Source of the DNA: Azolla caroliniana
Lineage: Eukaryota > Plantae > Polypodiophyta
Direction: 5' to 3'
Assembly: GCA_043228905.1 (NCBI GenBank)
Contig: JBHGNT010000006.1
Coordinates: 13,144,001-13,208,000 of the forward strand
DNA length: 64,000 nt
Shown: piece after piece, positions 36,801 to 49,071 of the stretch
How positions within the stretch are numbered: position 1 is the first letter of the stretch
Layout of the letters: each line of letters opens with the position of its first letter
Position numbers and translations under genes: made by a program
The notes under the pieces: generated by a model
Database searches by the model: none
What the model saw: the letters and a program-made list of their open reading frames with translations, nothing else
What the model was told of the DNA's origin: nothing

Positions 36801-39800
36801 TTTTATTAACGGTTCGGTTTCAACAGTCAAAAACCGTGGTTTAAACGGTTTAACGGTTTTTTATTTTTATTTTAAAAAAAATTTTAAAAACATCCTAAAA
36901 AATTAAAAAAATTGTTTTTAAACAATCTTTTCATTTTTAGACCTTATTCTCACATTTTAGGAACATCTTAAAAATTTTAAAAATTTTAAAAAAATGAAAT
37001 ATTATAAATTTTAGAAAATTAAAAATTAAAAATTAAAAATTAAAAATTAAAATTTTTACATATGTTGAAAACCGAGACCGAACCACGAAACCGCGGTTTT
37101 TACGGTTTAATGGTTTAACGGTTTCGTGGTTCGGTTCGGTTCGGTTCAGTTTTCAAAAATTTTAAATGGTTCGGTTCCAAACCGGTTCGGTTTGGACCCT
37201 CTCAAACCAAACCGAACCGAACCAAACTGTTGCCGATTGTTAGGAATACACACGCTCCTACACATTCCTAGGAGTAACATTTACAGGACCTAGGGTCTCC
37301 TTACAGGAGGATGCTTGTGCCTGACTTTCTCGTGGATATGCAGCCTTGGTGCTCTCGAGAGACAATGTGCACATTTGCAGTTCCAAGAGCCACGGACTAA
37401 GCTATGGTTATTTGATACACTTGTCACACCAACTCTTCTCTATGGAGTAGAAACATGGGGACCGAGTCTTAACAAGGCAAATTATTGGAAAGATTTAGAG
37501 AGACCTTTAGTGTCAATGATTGCTCGCATGATAAGGAGCAGAGCATCGGTGCCCCACGATATAATTCGGGCAGAGATGGGAGCAACACTTGTAATGTCAC
37601 TGTTCCAATCAGTGACATTTATCCAACGTCTTTGGGAGCTCCCTAAGCAAAGGTACCCAAGGTTGGCACTTATGTCATCAAGACAATTGGTTGAAAATGG
37701 AGACACTCATTGTTGGTATGCTGAAATGCAGCAATGGTTCAAGTCACATGGCATGAGTATAAATGCAGTATCCCCATTCCAATATAGCTTGGACTGTCCC
37801 CATCTAAATATGACCAAAGCGGAAAAGAATAGAGTGATCTGAACTGATATTATTAACTTGGAAAACAAGATAACATGGATCAGCCCCAAAATACCACTTG
37901 GTACAAAGATGGCCCACTATAAGACACTTCTTACATACATCGGAGGATGGATTCGTCATCAGGCCACCTTATATGGACATACATCTATCCTATGCGCTGC
38001 GTAGCGTGATAGGGCAGCTGCGAACTTCATCACATCAGCTACAGATTGAGGTAGGCAGATATACACGACTACCTCTAGAAGAGAGAATTTGCCAATTGTG
38101 TCATCAAGGAGTGGAATCTGAAGAACACTACGTTTGTCATTATATTGTCTTTTATGAAATCAGAGGGAGATACCATTGCCTCTTTAAACAAGGCTTTGGC
38201 CCACTACGCAAGGTAATGGAATATGAGGACCAATGATGCCTATGACTTTTCTTGCTAGATCTCAAGAGACATCGGGAGAAGTTGTTGAAGAATATAACCA
38301 CACAAGCTCATCCACAAAGAACAATCACAACTTTCTTTAGCCCCATCACTCCTAATGCTACAAGTCAATCACGGGATACACAAATGGGCTCCAGACCAGG
38401 ACATAACAAAGGGGTTACAATTGATCGGGCAATGGCAATTCGCCGTGCACGTAGGCCCCGGCCCCATGGACCACGACCTCAACACCCTTGTCATCGACAG
38501 ATAAAAGCCATTATCTCCCGCCATTGTAGATGCTTACCACGCTTCGGAGACATTTCCATTCTCGATCGACCTATGATAGAGATCTTTTGAAGACAAAAGC
38601 TACAATATAACTAACTCGAGAATTTCACATGTGCCAAAAACTAGATTCCCTTGTTTCTTTTCTTTTCATCTTATTTACTTTTATATTTACTGTGTAATAT
38701 TTATTTTATTTTGATTTGTTCTCAAAGATGAGACAACACTTAAGATGTAATCTCTTATTTGGTCTTATAGGTCATTTTGGCCTCTTAAAAGACGTTAATA
38801 TATCTTTCTTGCTTTCTTTCTTTCTTTCTTTCTCTCTTACATAGTGATTGTAACTCTACATGCCTATCTAATCTATTCTCAATATTTCTAACATGCAATC
38901 CTCCATATTACCCTTATTGATATCTTTCTTTGCAATAAGAGTCTTATTACAAACTTCTTGTTCTATTTCAATATTCCAACAAAGACCACCATTATCACAT
39001 ATTTAGTCTACTTGTGTCTCCATAGGAACTGCATAAAAAATCAGAACATCAACCTTGGCATAATCTAAAACGTTTTTATCACGCATGTCCTTAAATACTA
39101 TCTTATGGGCCATTACTTCTAAAACACCTAAATCCTTGATTTTCTAATTTTTGTCATCACACACTAGTTTAGAATCCATTTCATTGGTTTCAATAGGGTC
39201 TATTATTTTTATATTTACTGAGTAATACTTATTCTATTTTGATTTGTTGTTCTCAAAGACGAGACAAAACTTACGATGTAATCTCTTGTTTGGTCGTATA
39301 GGCCATTTTGGCCTCTTAAAAGACATCTCTTTCTTTGTTGAACCACTAATCACTTCACAATACTTCTCTTCACATCTAGTTGTCTTTATGAAATCATAAC
39401 TGTCGATATCAAAATCATTGACCCCTTTCAGAATTATAGTCTCCTAAAATTGTAGCACATATTGACATTTGATTGATTTTTCAAACAAATTTTCGCATTT
39501 AGATAAAGTTATTCTAGCCAAAAGAGGGGAAACACTCGTCTGTGATTCTGACAGGGGACCTTTTTGACATATCTCAATCTTTTCTTGCCAGGCCTTTGGC
39601 TGAGAGACTGACCTTGCAATTTCTCTGGATTCGGAAGGAGAAGCATGCACCATTAGCAAGAATCTCTGTATTTGAGGGTCTGTTCATGATTTTCACCTAC
39701 ACAAGAATCTCATTAAAATGGCCGTATACAAATGAGATGAAGAATGACCGCATAGTAGAAATCATATTGTTAGTGATATATGGCGTGGTGTTCAAGTACA

Positions 39801-40947
39801 ATGTTTGTTTGTTTATAGAGGAAAATCAATGGTCATATTCTAGTGATACGATAAAAAATATTACAAATGCAGCAAAGGGTTAGGAATAAAATTTAAACAA
39901 GAATTATTACTCTTTAGAGTAAAGTCAGAGATTTGAATTATATCTATCAAATGAATGGTATCTTGATGCTCCTTAAACTGAATTCATTCAAGCAAGAAGA
40001 TAGGAGTCAACATATTGTATGTCATGCCATTCGATGTTCCAAGTTATATCATTGATCTTGGTCAAAAATAATTTCATTACTCGTTATTCTGCTGTTTGCT
40101 TCATGTTTTAGGAAGGACATGGTCTGCAAACAGCTTCAACTTCAAAATAAGAAACTCAAAGATGAAAATTTAAAAATTGAAAAGGTTGAACTCTATCTAT
40201 GCATTCTGCGTCACCATGTTTAAAATATTGTAGCTCAATGTTTTTAATATGAACATGAAAAATTAGCAAGGAGAATGTACAAGAAATTATACTTTTGTCT
40301 AAATAAATTGGATGTCAAAGAAATTGTGACTAGTAAACCAGTGCAAAAACTGATAAACCATTGCCAGGTTCTTATTCAATGTAACAGTATAAATTTTATA
40401 CAATCTCTTTATTTTCTTTATACAGAGCCTAGGAGATCTAAAACAAGAGTTCCAGAGAGATTCTAAGTTGCAGGTAGGACTTGGAACAAAACTAACTCTT
40501 GCACTATATAATATTATTTGTTATAAACAGACACCTTTTTGCATATATGCTCAGAACACAGAAAATTCTGAAATTGTTTACTTCAAAATTTACCTCCGAA
40601 TTACTTCTAGATTAGAATTGGGATTTCAGGTATCATATTTGCAAAGACAGAAAGATCAAATTCGAAGATTAGAAATAGCTCTCAGTAAAGCGGAGTCATT
40701 GTTTCATGCAAATAACCTTGAATTGCAAGCTTGCAATGCAGAAAAGATAAGGTCTGCTTACAATTGTCAAGATTTGACGGAATGGCTAACATTTTGATAC
40801 ATTGGCTGAGTTTAGTTTTGGAACCTTTTATAGGTTGCTTAAAGAACATGAACTGTTGAATACAAAATATGACGCTATGACTCAAGATCATGTACAGTTG
40901 CAGATGAAGCTAATGGATCTGGAAGAGCAAATGAATATCACCCAAAA
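27882..40947 (+). CDS. Host gene, exons 1-9: uncharacterised coiled-coil protein. Exons 27882-28198, 28320-28377, 33962-34165, 34253-34312, 34463-34578, 40112-40184, 40426-40473, 40630-40751, 40834-40947
   Basis: All nine have GT/AG borders and compatible phases, giving one open frame (MRSERATK...HHHH...LDHKEAQIETLRL...EQKAQIEKKDLEI...QKDQIRRLEIAL...LMDLEEQM) rich in E/K/Q/L heptads. The start codon is a best guess. Confidence 0.85.
28600..30075 (-). mobile_element. LINE (RTE-X-like) fragments in intron 2
   Basis: Minus-strand RT motifs CFIDFSTAFD, GCPLSPTLFG, LLLYTNDVVLF, FKYLG; 29526-30075 matches the C-terminal part of the LINE at 37900-38460. Confidence 0.85.
30270..32240 (+). mobile_element. 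Highly degenerate Copia E (gag to RT start) in intron 2
   Basis: AKELWDAVQQRY; LELVH..GPM; IIDDFS; SDNGDEF; PQQNG; CKFLGY. Confidence 0.8.
32240..33320 (-). mobile_element. Degenerate Copia F (integrase to RT start), converging on Copia E
   Basis: MLIIDDFSRKVW, IRSDTSGEF, KYKFLGY, LKWIFKTKYHVDGTLDK on the minus strand. Confidence 0.8.
33600..33810 (-). mobile_element. Short LINE fragment
   Basis: GVTFIGP..HLQFPGPQTKLWLFDTLVTPTLLY, matching 37270-37445. Confidence 0.8.
35635..35896. repeat. Near-perfect 129-bp tandem duplication
   Basis: TTTGAACCAAAAGCCC... at 35635 and 35764, one substitution seen. Confidence 0.9.
36745..37242. mobile_element. Non-autonomous hAT-superfamily DNA transposon (MITE)
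   Basis: Perfect 14-bp TIR TAACAATCGGCAAC/GTTGCCGATTGTTA; perfect 8-bp TSD GGAATACA (36737-36744, 37243-37250); many AACCG/CGGTT subterminal motifs; AT-rich core. Confidence 0.93.
37251..38833 (+). mobile_element. 5'-truncated LINE (RTE-X-like): end of RT, C-terminal Zn finger, extension, 3' UTR and (TTTC)n tail
   Basis: TFLGVTF, PTLLYGVETWG, SSHQLQIEVGRY..ERICQLC..VESEEH, and a tail of TTTC repeats at ~38803-38833. Clade is inference. Confidence 0.88.
39200..39340 (+). mobile_element. Very short 3' end copy of the same LINE
   Basis: Matches the 3' UTR at 38670-38810. Confidence 0.75.
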
Positions 40948-42149
40948 GTTAGTCTCTGTCTGCTGTTTTCATATATATATGCACAATTTAGTGTGTATTG
41001 AGGTGCTATCTTTATCTTAATGCCTGCACTTCTTTTTGGCTGGTTAATGGGAATACCTACCTTTTTCGTCAGCAACATGGGATATTTATATATATAATCT
41101 TCGATGAATGCATGAGCATAGCCAAGGTACATGATATAATTTTACTAATCCCCAATATTAGGCACCATTTTCAAATGTAATCTAGCATTCATTCTCACTC
41201 AGATTTTCGAAAGACGTTTACCACTTTCTATCATGCATTGAGGAGGGAAGAGCCCTACACTGTATCATGTGCTACACTGTATGGGCTCTTAAGATTTTTG
41301 GATGCCCTACACTGTATCATGTGCTTGGTTGATGCAGCGAGTAAAGGCTCTTGGAGTTCCACTAGATACGCAAAAGGAATCTATGTATGGGTGAGGAAAA
41401 AATGGCATACACATGCTACACATAACAAGACCTAACATTCACAATGGCTCAGTTCTCTCTACAGGAGGTGGCCTGTGCTCGACTTTCTTGTGTATACGCA
41501 GCAGTCGATTGTCCATTACGCTCAACAACTCTTTGCTATGAGATGGAAACTTGGGGATGAAACCTTCATAGGACATATAACTGGAGAGATTTGTAGAGGA
41601 CTTTATTCTTGATGATGGCTCAGGGCAATGCATCGGGGCCAGGTGATACAATCCATGCCGACATCAGAACAGTTCCAATTGTGACCAAAGCACTTTACCT
41701 TTCATTGAGCTGTATTTGGTGACCAATGCACGTTCCAATTGTGACCGAAATCAATAGAGAGAAGTCTTTGGTGGACGGATATAACTGCAAAATGTCATTA
41801 GAGTAGAATAATCACAAACTTAGCAACATCACTCCTGATTGTACTGCAAGATAACCAAGGTCAACACAAAGAGTATCCAAGACACTACCCAAAGAGTTCA
41901 CAATATATTTCGTATTAACAATTTGTTGTGCATGTTGGTAAGGCTTATCCATAGAACCCCTCATACTACAACCGTCTAAGTCTCTAGATGCTATCTCAAC
42001 CTTCTTCACCTCATACAAGATGGAGAAGTCCAGCATGCGCCTTCAACATGGATGTTTTGCCTGACCACACAAGAATCCATGATGAATATCCATTGCAAGC
42101 ACAATTTCCCTATCCTTGCAGAAGCTTTCCACATGGCCTTCCCAGAAAA

Positions 42150-43055
42150 TGCACCATGCACACAATTGAGCCTATTTGTATGTCAAAACTATCAGACTAT
42201 CATGATTGGTCAAATGATTGCCAAAATCTATGAAGCGATACTTGAAGTGAACAGTTATTACAAGGTCAAAGATCATGTAGGATTCAAGTTACCCTCCTAT
42301 ATGTTGCTAGGTAAATGGAACAAAGGTCTTTAAGAAAACTTTTCGGGCTGTTTTGTGGATTTCTGCAAAACATTTGGTATTTTACCAAGAAGGAAACAAC
42401 AAAGAAAAATATGTTCACTTCTTTTAAAAGGCCACAATGTCCTATGAAGGGACGTGTCCTAATACTCCAGGCACTCACAATCCTCTCTTAACAAAGGGGT
42501 TATAATAGATAGGGCAATAGCATTTTTTCTTGCACGTAGACCTTGGCCCCACGGATCACGACCTCACCACCCTTGTCATCGATAGATAAAGGCCATTATC
42601 TCCCACCATTGCAGGTGCTTCCCTTGCATCAGAGACCTCTTACATTGTAGACCTCTTCATGTTGGATCGACTTATGCTAGAGATCTTTCAAAGCCAAAAG
42701 TTATAAATAAATGTGACTTGTGAATCTTACATGTGACGAAAATCAGATTCTTTAGTCACTTTTTATCTATTTACTTTTATATTTACTTAGTAATATTTTG
42801 ATTTATTGTTCTCAAAGATGAGGCAACACTTAAGATGTAATCTCTTATTTGATCTTATAGGCCATTTTGGCCTCTTAAAAGACGTTAATATATCTTTCTT
42901 TCTTTCATTCTTTCCTAGAGACATAGCAACATATGCATTATATGAGCAAGTATTGAGATGAGTTGGATGTCCAAGGGGGATATCAAAGGTCATTGCAAGA
43001 AACTTTAATGTGAAACAAGGATGCCCCACCCACTTTGTATTCCACATTGACAATG
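42150..43055 (+). mobile_element. Rearranged LINE pieces (RT fragments, 3' end and tail)
   Basis: YQTIMIG..AKIY; 42490-42915 matches 38400-38830; VKQGCP at ~43010. Confidence 0.75.
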
Positions 43056-45075
43056 TATCATATCACAATACATCTGGAGACGAAGGGAATTGGCATATCA
43101 GGTGCACTTGTCCAACCACATTGCTGCAAGTATATTATAGGCCCTAGATGTTTATTGCCACTATAATAGAAAATGTGATAGCTAGCCATTTGAGAATGGA
43201 TGAGTGCATGAATGAAAAGAAAGACGTATTATCTTTTAAGATGGATGAAATGGTGTATGAGACCAAATGAAAGATTACATTATAAAATGTTCTGACATCG
43301 ATTAGAAGTGTAAACCAAAATAATTTTACTTAAATCAGTAAAACTGATGAAAAGACCAGATAATTTCCTTCGTTAAGTACTAAACCTTCTGAGCTTTGAT
43401 GGTATAAACCTTCTGCCATCGAAAGTCTGTGTTGGACTCATCCAAGATGGAGAGGGTTCTGAAGTGATAAAAAAACCTTTGGTGTTAAGTAACAGACACT
43501 TTACAAGCTCGTTGCATAAGAATACAATAGTTGTCGATCCTTGATTAGGGTTGTGGCCAGGGTTGTCTAATACATGTCTGAGCTGTGAGCAAGTCGTTGT
43601 CCATGAGGAGGTGATATAATCCAAATACAGTGCTTCCTCAATGTGTGCCTATTCAGAGATCAAGGACCCTCATTTGCTTGTAGGCTACTTGTTTGAACAC
43701 TACATATGCAGTTGCATAGTCTACTGTAGTGTTCCACTATCATGTTCGAGAGTCGAGGGCTTCTTTGAAGCACCAATGTATTACAGCTTGGGAAAGATGT
43801 GAAGGCTCACATTTCACACATTATATTACATGTATTGCACCAAACTACAAAACTGTCTTCTTCTCTGTATCCCTTTGTTCATCATCTGCACCATTGCTTC
43901 CGCGTGACTTAGCCTACATTCTTTTGGATGTGTGATAAGGATTTGGGGCATATTCTGATACAATGCACAACATTCAACCATATACATGTTTGCATTCCAC
44001 ATGTTGTAAACTCAGTGCACTCCTTACAGACATTCCTCTCACAATCTGAACACGCATTCTCGATTGCAATATGTAAAAATTTTTCACTTTTGGTACTATA
44101 CGTCATATGTGGCAATTTGAGAACAATAATGAAATCTATCTGTCTATGTATATTTTAAGGTCATGGTTTTTGTGCTATGTTTTTTCAAGTCTTCCATAGA
44201 TTTAGAGTCTCTCATGAGGAGTAGATGACCAGAAGACTCTACTTAGGAAAGCTGTCAATGTTCTTTACATGGTTGTTCCAAGAGACCTTAGAACAAGCAC
44301 ATCCACTTGACTTGCTCAAAAACACCTGAGGCTAGACATCATCACATAGAAGAAGTTGATTGTATCAGATGATGCATAGTATTATTGCCCAATGTGTAGG
44401 AATATTCCCAAGTTTGTAAATTATAAATCAAATTATATCATCCTATGATAGCGTCCATAGCTGATCCCACTCATGCTCTACCTTCCCAAGAGATATATTG
44501 TTTTCATTTACTGTACCATGGTTCATATTTCTTGTACTTGTTTGATGACGCACTTGTACTGGTTCATATTTTTGCTTTATTTTACTAAACAATTTTAAGA
44601 TTCACATGGATATAAAATTCATCTCATTGGTCACTTTGTCCTTTTGAGGGTGTTATTATAACATTTCATCTCTCTACTCTTCTTGCAGGGTGGTTTAAGT
44701 TGTAATAGGATGGTTGAATTACAACTGCTTCTAGTAACTGTAGATAATGAATGGATGTTTCTTGAATAAAGAAATTTCACTTTTGTGCCAAAGCATAGGC
44801 TAATGGGAACATCTAAAACAGAGTCAAATAGTCTAGTATTTAAGACTGTGGGATCATCTAGTAGTGCTGTCTTCAAAGTGATGTCTACTCAAGCATTCCT
44901 TACGTTCCTTACTGGTCACTGTTTAGTCTTATAATGAAAGCGGGAAGATTGCATTGCAAATTTCGTAATTAATTGTGCCATATGCTCACAAACTCTCAAC
45001 ATTGTAGGTATTACAGCGAAGCTGGGAAGCCAGTTGAGTTCTTTACTTATTTTTCTGGTGAACATCATTGCTCAG

Positions 45076-46495
45076 GTATACAAACGGACTTCTAATACCC
45101 ATATTTTATGTTCCAATTCTGTATTTAAAAATATCAAGTATGGATCCATTTCTTTTATAGATAGAAGCGCCAAACAATTAAACTTTGAAAATCCATCTCT
45201 AACAGCCCCTGAACCTTCCAGTTTTGCTGAGGTATGTAATTCTTTTCTACAGAGAACATTTAGTGTGACCAAAAAAATCTGAAGACTGTAGAGTGTATCT
45301 TTAGTACCTTATCATGCAACAGAAATATTCAAACATCAAATTCTGACACTTTATTATTTTGTAGGACTACTACAAACATCAAAGATGTGTAACTAACTAT
45401 TCATCTGGTAAGATATCTGAAAAATGTGAGACGCTATGAGCTGTATATTTTTGTACTTGTAATTTTGACAGAAAAAAGAATAAGGAATGAGTTTTTGATT
45501 CATCTTGGCTAAATTCTGATCTAGCCTTACTAGATAAAAAATTGCCGATCTCAAACAGACCTCAGTATGATGCACAATCTAATTCAGCAATAATTGATGA
45601 CATCCCTGTTGATCTTGCAAGGATAGAGGTAGTTTTCCATAAATGCTTTTGAATATTCTCTTCAAATGGATTCAAGATGTCAGATTTAATGGGCTTTGGT
45701 TTTTTTCTATTGCTAGAAAAATGATTCTCAATTGAGTGAAACAGACAATACTCCTATGATAATTGGATCAACTGTTAATGATTCTCCAAGATTGCTAAAT
45801 GTTGATGTTAATGCTGCTGGGACTGGAGCTTTCCATAGTAGCTGTTTTTCAGAAATAAATCTTGGCATTGATGCCAGTGGTGATTGTGTCAAAACTAAGG
45901 TATCATTAGTGAAAAACAGGAATTGCAGTCTTCTAACAATTATTAAATGTGAGCGATTGTGGTTGACCATCATTGCATGTACAAATCATGTTTGGTCCTT
46001 TTTATATAGGTAGATTCAAATGGTATAGTTGATAATGTGCATTACAGTGCAAGCTTGGAGCTCCAGAAAATTCAAGGTTCTCTCTTTGTTCTCTACTATC
46101 AATTGAATGCTACTACTAGATTATCTGCTAAAATTGCTTCTAGTTGTCCAAAGCTTCATAGGTAAATAATGAAACATGTTGTAAAAATCAAGGCAAGCTT
46201 CCTCTCTTCCCATTCCATTTCCATTTCCATACTTGTAAGTTGTAAAGCTGATTTCTGTCATTCCAGGCCCAATAGACCATGTGATGGCCAGAACCTGTTT
46301 CCAATTGATGTTTATATCTTTGTTAACTGCAGAAACTTTTTAAGAGAAATGTTTGGATCACTTTTGGATTATTGGGCAATTGAGCAATCCAAAAACATAA
46401 ACAGTGTTGGTATTCCTTGTGAGGAAACTAGTTCGTTTTCCCACAATCCAACAGTGTTGTCTTGTGGACTGGGCGTTGCCAGCTCTACAAGATAA
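45076..46495 (+). CDS. Probable 3' exons of the same gene: 45076-45231, 45365-45407, 45588-45628, 45717-45899, 46048-46076, 46333-46495 (or donor at 46409)
   Basis: Six GT/AG-bounded segments with mutually compatible phases and an open frame. The linking exon(s) between 40948 and 45075 were not resolved. Confidence 0.6.
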
Positions 46496-47344
46496 TTTGC
46501 TTCAGAATGAGAGATAATGCTGTGCAGATTTTCTGCTTCAAATATTAGCAATGCCCAGTCAATAATTTAGGGCCCACAAAAGTTTTCACTTCATGAATAT
46601 AAGATACTTCTGCAGTACCTCATTACTCAAACACAACCATAGAAGTCCTCATTGTGAGGATAGCTGTACAATATGCATTATGAGGCCAAGCTTTTGCTCT
46701 AAACTGTTACCTATGATGCATGCAAGAATTGACTCTAGATTTTTTCCAACTCCCTATGAGCTCATGAACATATTTTTTAACTGTTGCAATGGACTGGGTT
46801 GTGAGATGAACATTTTCTCTCTAGGTGTTAGCCATCAGATGTGTACTATTAACATCAATGATAAGTCATGTATGAACATCAAGGATAAGTCCTGACCCCT
46901 GTTAAAGGTGATGCTTGATTTTGATAGGGTTATTGAGGCTCCTACCCCAATGACAATTATGCCTGTTACTGGCTTTGCCACTGAGCTGAAGGTTTAATTA
47001 CTAGTTTCAAGGATATGAAACACAAGCTTCACCACATGACTGTCACGAGCACCTTCTTTACTGTCCTGGAATTTCTTTCTCCCTTGGATTTGCCACTATA
47101 TTTTCATTCCCTTATTCCTACTTCTACATGTTTAGTCTTGCCAAAACACTGGTGTCCTCAGGAATGCTGTGCAGAGTCTAATCTTTAACTATGCTTGAGT
47201 CACAGTCTGTCATACTGTGTTTTTAAAGATCTGGTGGTAGATTGGGAAAGAAGAGTAAGTCATAGCATGAAAGTCACCTGATAATGCATTTCTATTAGCC
47301 AACTAAGTTTATAATGTGTGTAAGGTGTTTCTCACTTAATACAG

Positions 47345-47466
47345 AAGAAATAAAGAACAGGGAGAAAAGCTGGAAACAAATAGAAGCAAGAATGAGAGCT
47401 GAGCTGAATAGGCGAGCATCCCAATTTCATGAGGCAGAAAAGGGATCCTGGTCTCTCTTTACTAAG
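47345..47466 (+). CDS. Candidate exon (EIKNREKSWKQIEARMRAELNRRASQFHEAEKGSWSLFTK)
   Basis: ACAG| acceptor, AAG|GTG donor; phase-compatible with a donor at 46409; diverged second copy at ~47971-48096. Confidence 0.45.
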
Positions 47467-47469
47467 GTG

Positions 47470-47890
47470 TTGCTTCTTTTATCAGGATTAATGCAATTCT
47501 CTTAGTTTTCCATATCAACGGATTAATGTCTAATTATGTTGAACGTGACATGTCTTCGTATGTATAAGAAAAATCTTATATAAGAGACCAGATAGAACTC
47601 AGAGAAAATGGACTCTAAGAGAAGAACTTTGGTAGCTTCTATGGAGGATGGATGCAAAAGTATGATTCTTTATGTACTTGCTTCTTTTATCAGGATTTAT
47701 GCAAGTCTCTTAGTTTTCCATATCAACAGACTAATGTCTAATTATGTTGAACATGACATGTCTTCATATGTATAAGAAAAATCGTATATAAGAGACCAGA
47801 TAGAGCTCAGAGGAAATGGACTCTTAAAAGAAGAACTTTGGTGGCTTCTATGGAGAATGGGTGCAAAAGTATGATTCTTTATGTACTTGG
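47470..47890. repeat. ~210-bp tandem duplication, diverged homolog of the 196-bp unit
   Basis: TTGCTTCTTTTATCAGGATT...TTTATGTACTTG occurs twice. Confidence 0.85.
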
Positions 47891-48088
47891 ATAAATACTT
47901 TCGGTTCTAGTTTTCATCCCACACAATGGCCTCCACAAACATGTTTTCTAGTGTATCTATGAGAGGATAGAAAGCAAATAAAAGAAAGAACGAGAACAAA
48001 GCTGGAAACTACAGAAGCAAGAATAAATGGAGAGCTGAATAGGCAAGCACCTAACTGCATGAGTCAGAAAAGGGTTACTGGCCTTCTA

Positions 48089-49071
48089 TTTGTAAGGCGT
48101 TTCTTCTTTTATCCGGATTAACATTAAGTTCCTCAGTTTTACATAGTTACGCTTGAATTAACATTTCTTCATATTTTAATTAAATTCTTGGTTTTTTTAT
48201 ACAGGAAACAGATATAAATCAGAACAAAAATGTTAATGAAGGATGCATGCAGAAGCATAATCATTCATATACTTAGGTAAATAATTTGTAAGGTGTTTCT
48301 TCTTTTGTCCGGATTAACATTAAGTTCCTCAGTTTTACATAGTTACGCTTGGATTAACATTTCTTCATATTTTAATTAAATTCTTGGTTTTTTTATACAG
48401 GAAACAGATATAAATCAGAACAAAAATGTTAATGAAGGATGCATGCAGAAGCATAATCATTCATATACTTAGGTAAATAATTTGTAAGGCGTTTCTTCTT
48501 TTATCCGGATTAACATTAAGTTCCTCAGTTTTACATAGTTACGCTTGAATTAACATTTCTTCATATTTTAATTAAATTCTTGGTTTTTTTATACAGGAAA
48601 CAGATATAAATCAGAACAAATATGTTAATGAAGGATGCATGCAGAAGCATAATCATTCATATACTTAGGTAAATAATTTGTAAGGTGTTTCTTCTTTTGT
48701 CCGGATTAACATTAAGTTCCTCAGTTTTACATAGTTACGCTTGAATTAACATTTCTTCATATTTTAATTAAATTCTTGGTTTTTTTATACAGGAAACAGA
48801 TATAAATCAGAACAAATATGTTAATGAAGGATGCATGCAGAAGCATAATCATTCATATACTTAGGTAAATAATTTGTAAGGCGTTTCTTCTTTTATCCGG
48901 ATTAACATTAAGTTCCTCAGTTTTACATAGTTACGCTTGAATTAACATTTCTTCATATTTTAATTAAATTCTTGGTTTTTTTATACAGGAAACAGATATA
49001 AATCAGAACAAATATGTTAATGAAGGATGCATGCAGAAGCATAATCATTCATATACTTAGGTAAATAATTT
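48089..49071. repeat. Tandem array of 5 x 196 bp
   Basis: Units start TTTGTAAGG at 48089, 48285, 48481, 48677 and 48873; nearly identical. Confidence 0.95.

Noticed and set aside
41203-45032. Candidate linking exons (41203-41258, 41465-41643, 44689-44733, 45009-45032)
   Set aside because: Splice-like sites exist, but I could not build one convincing phase-consistent path, so they were left uncalled.
48089-49071. Regularly spaced repeats as a CRISPR array
   Set aside because: Whole units are identical with no unique spacers, there are no cas genes, and the context is eukaryotic.
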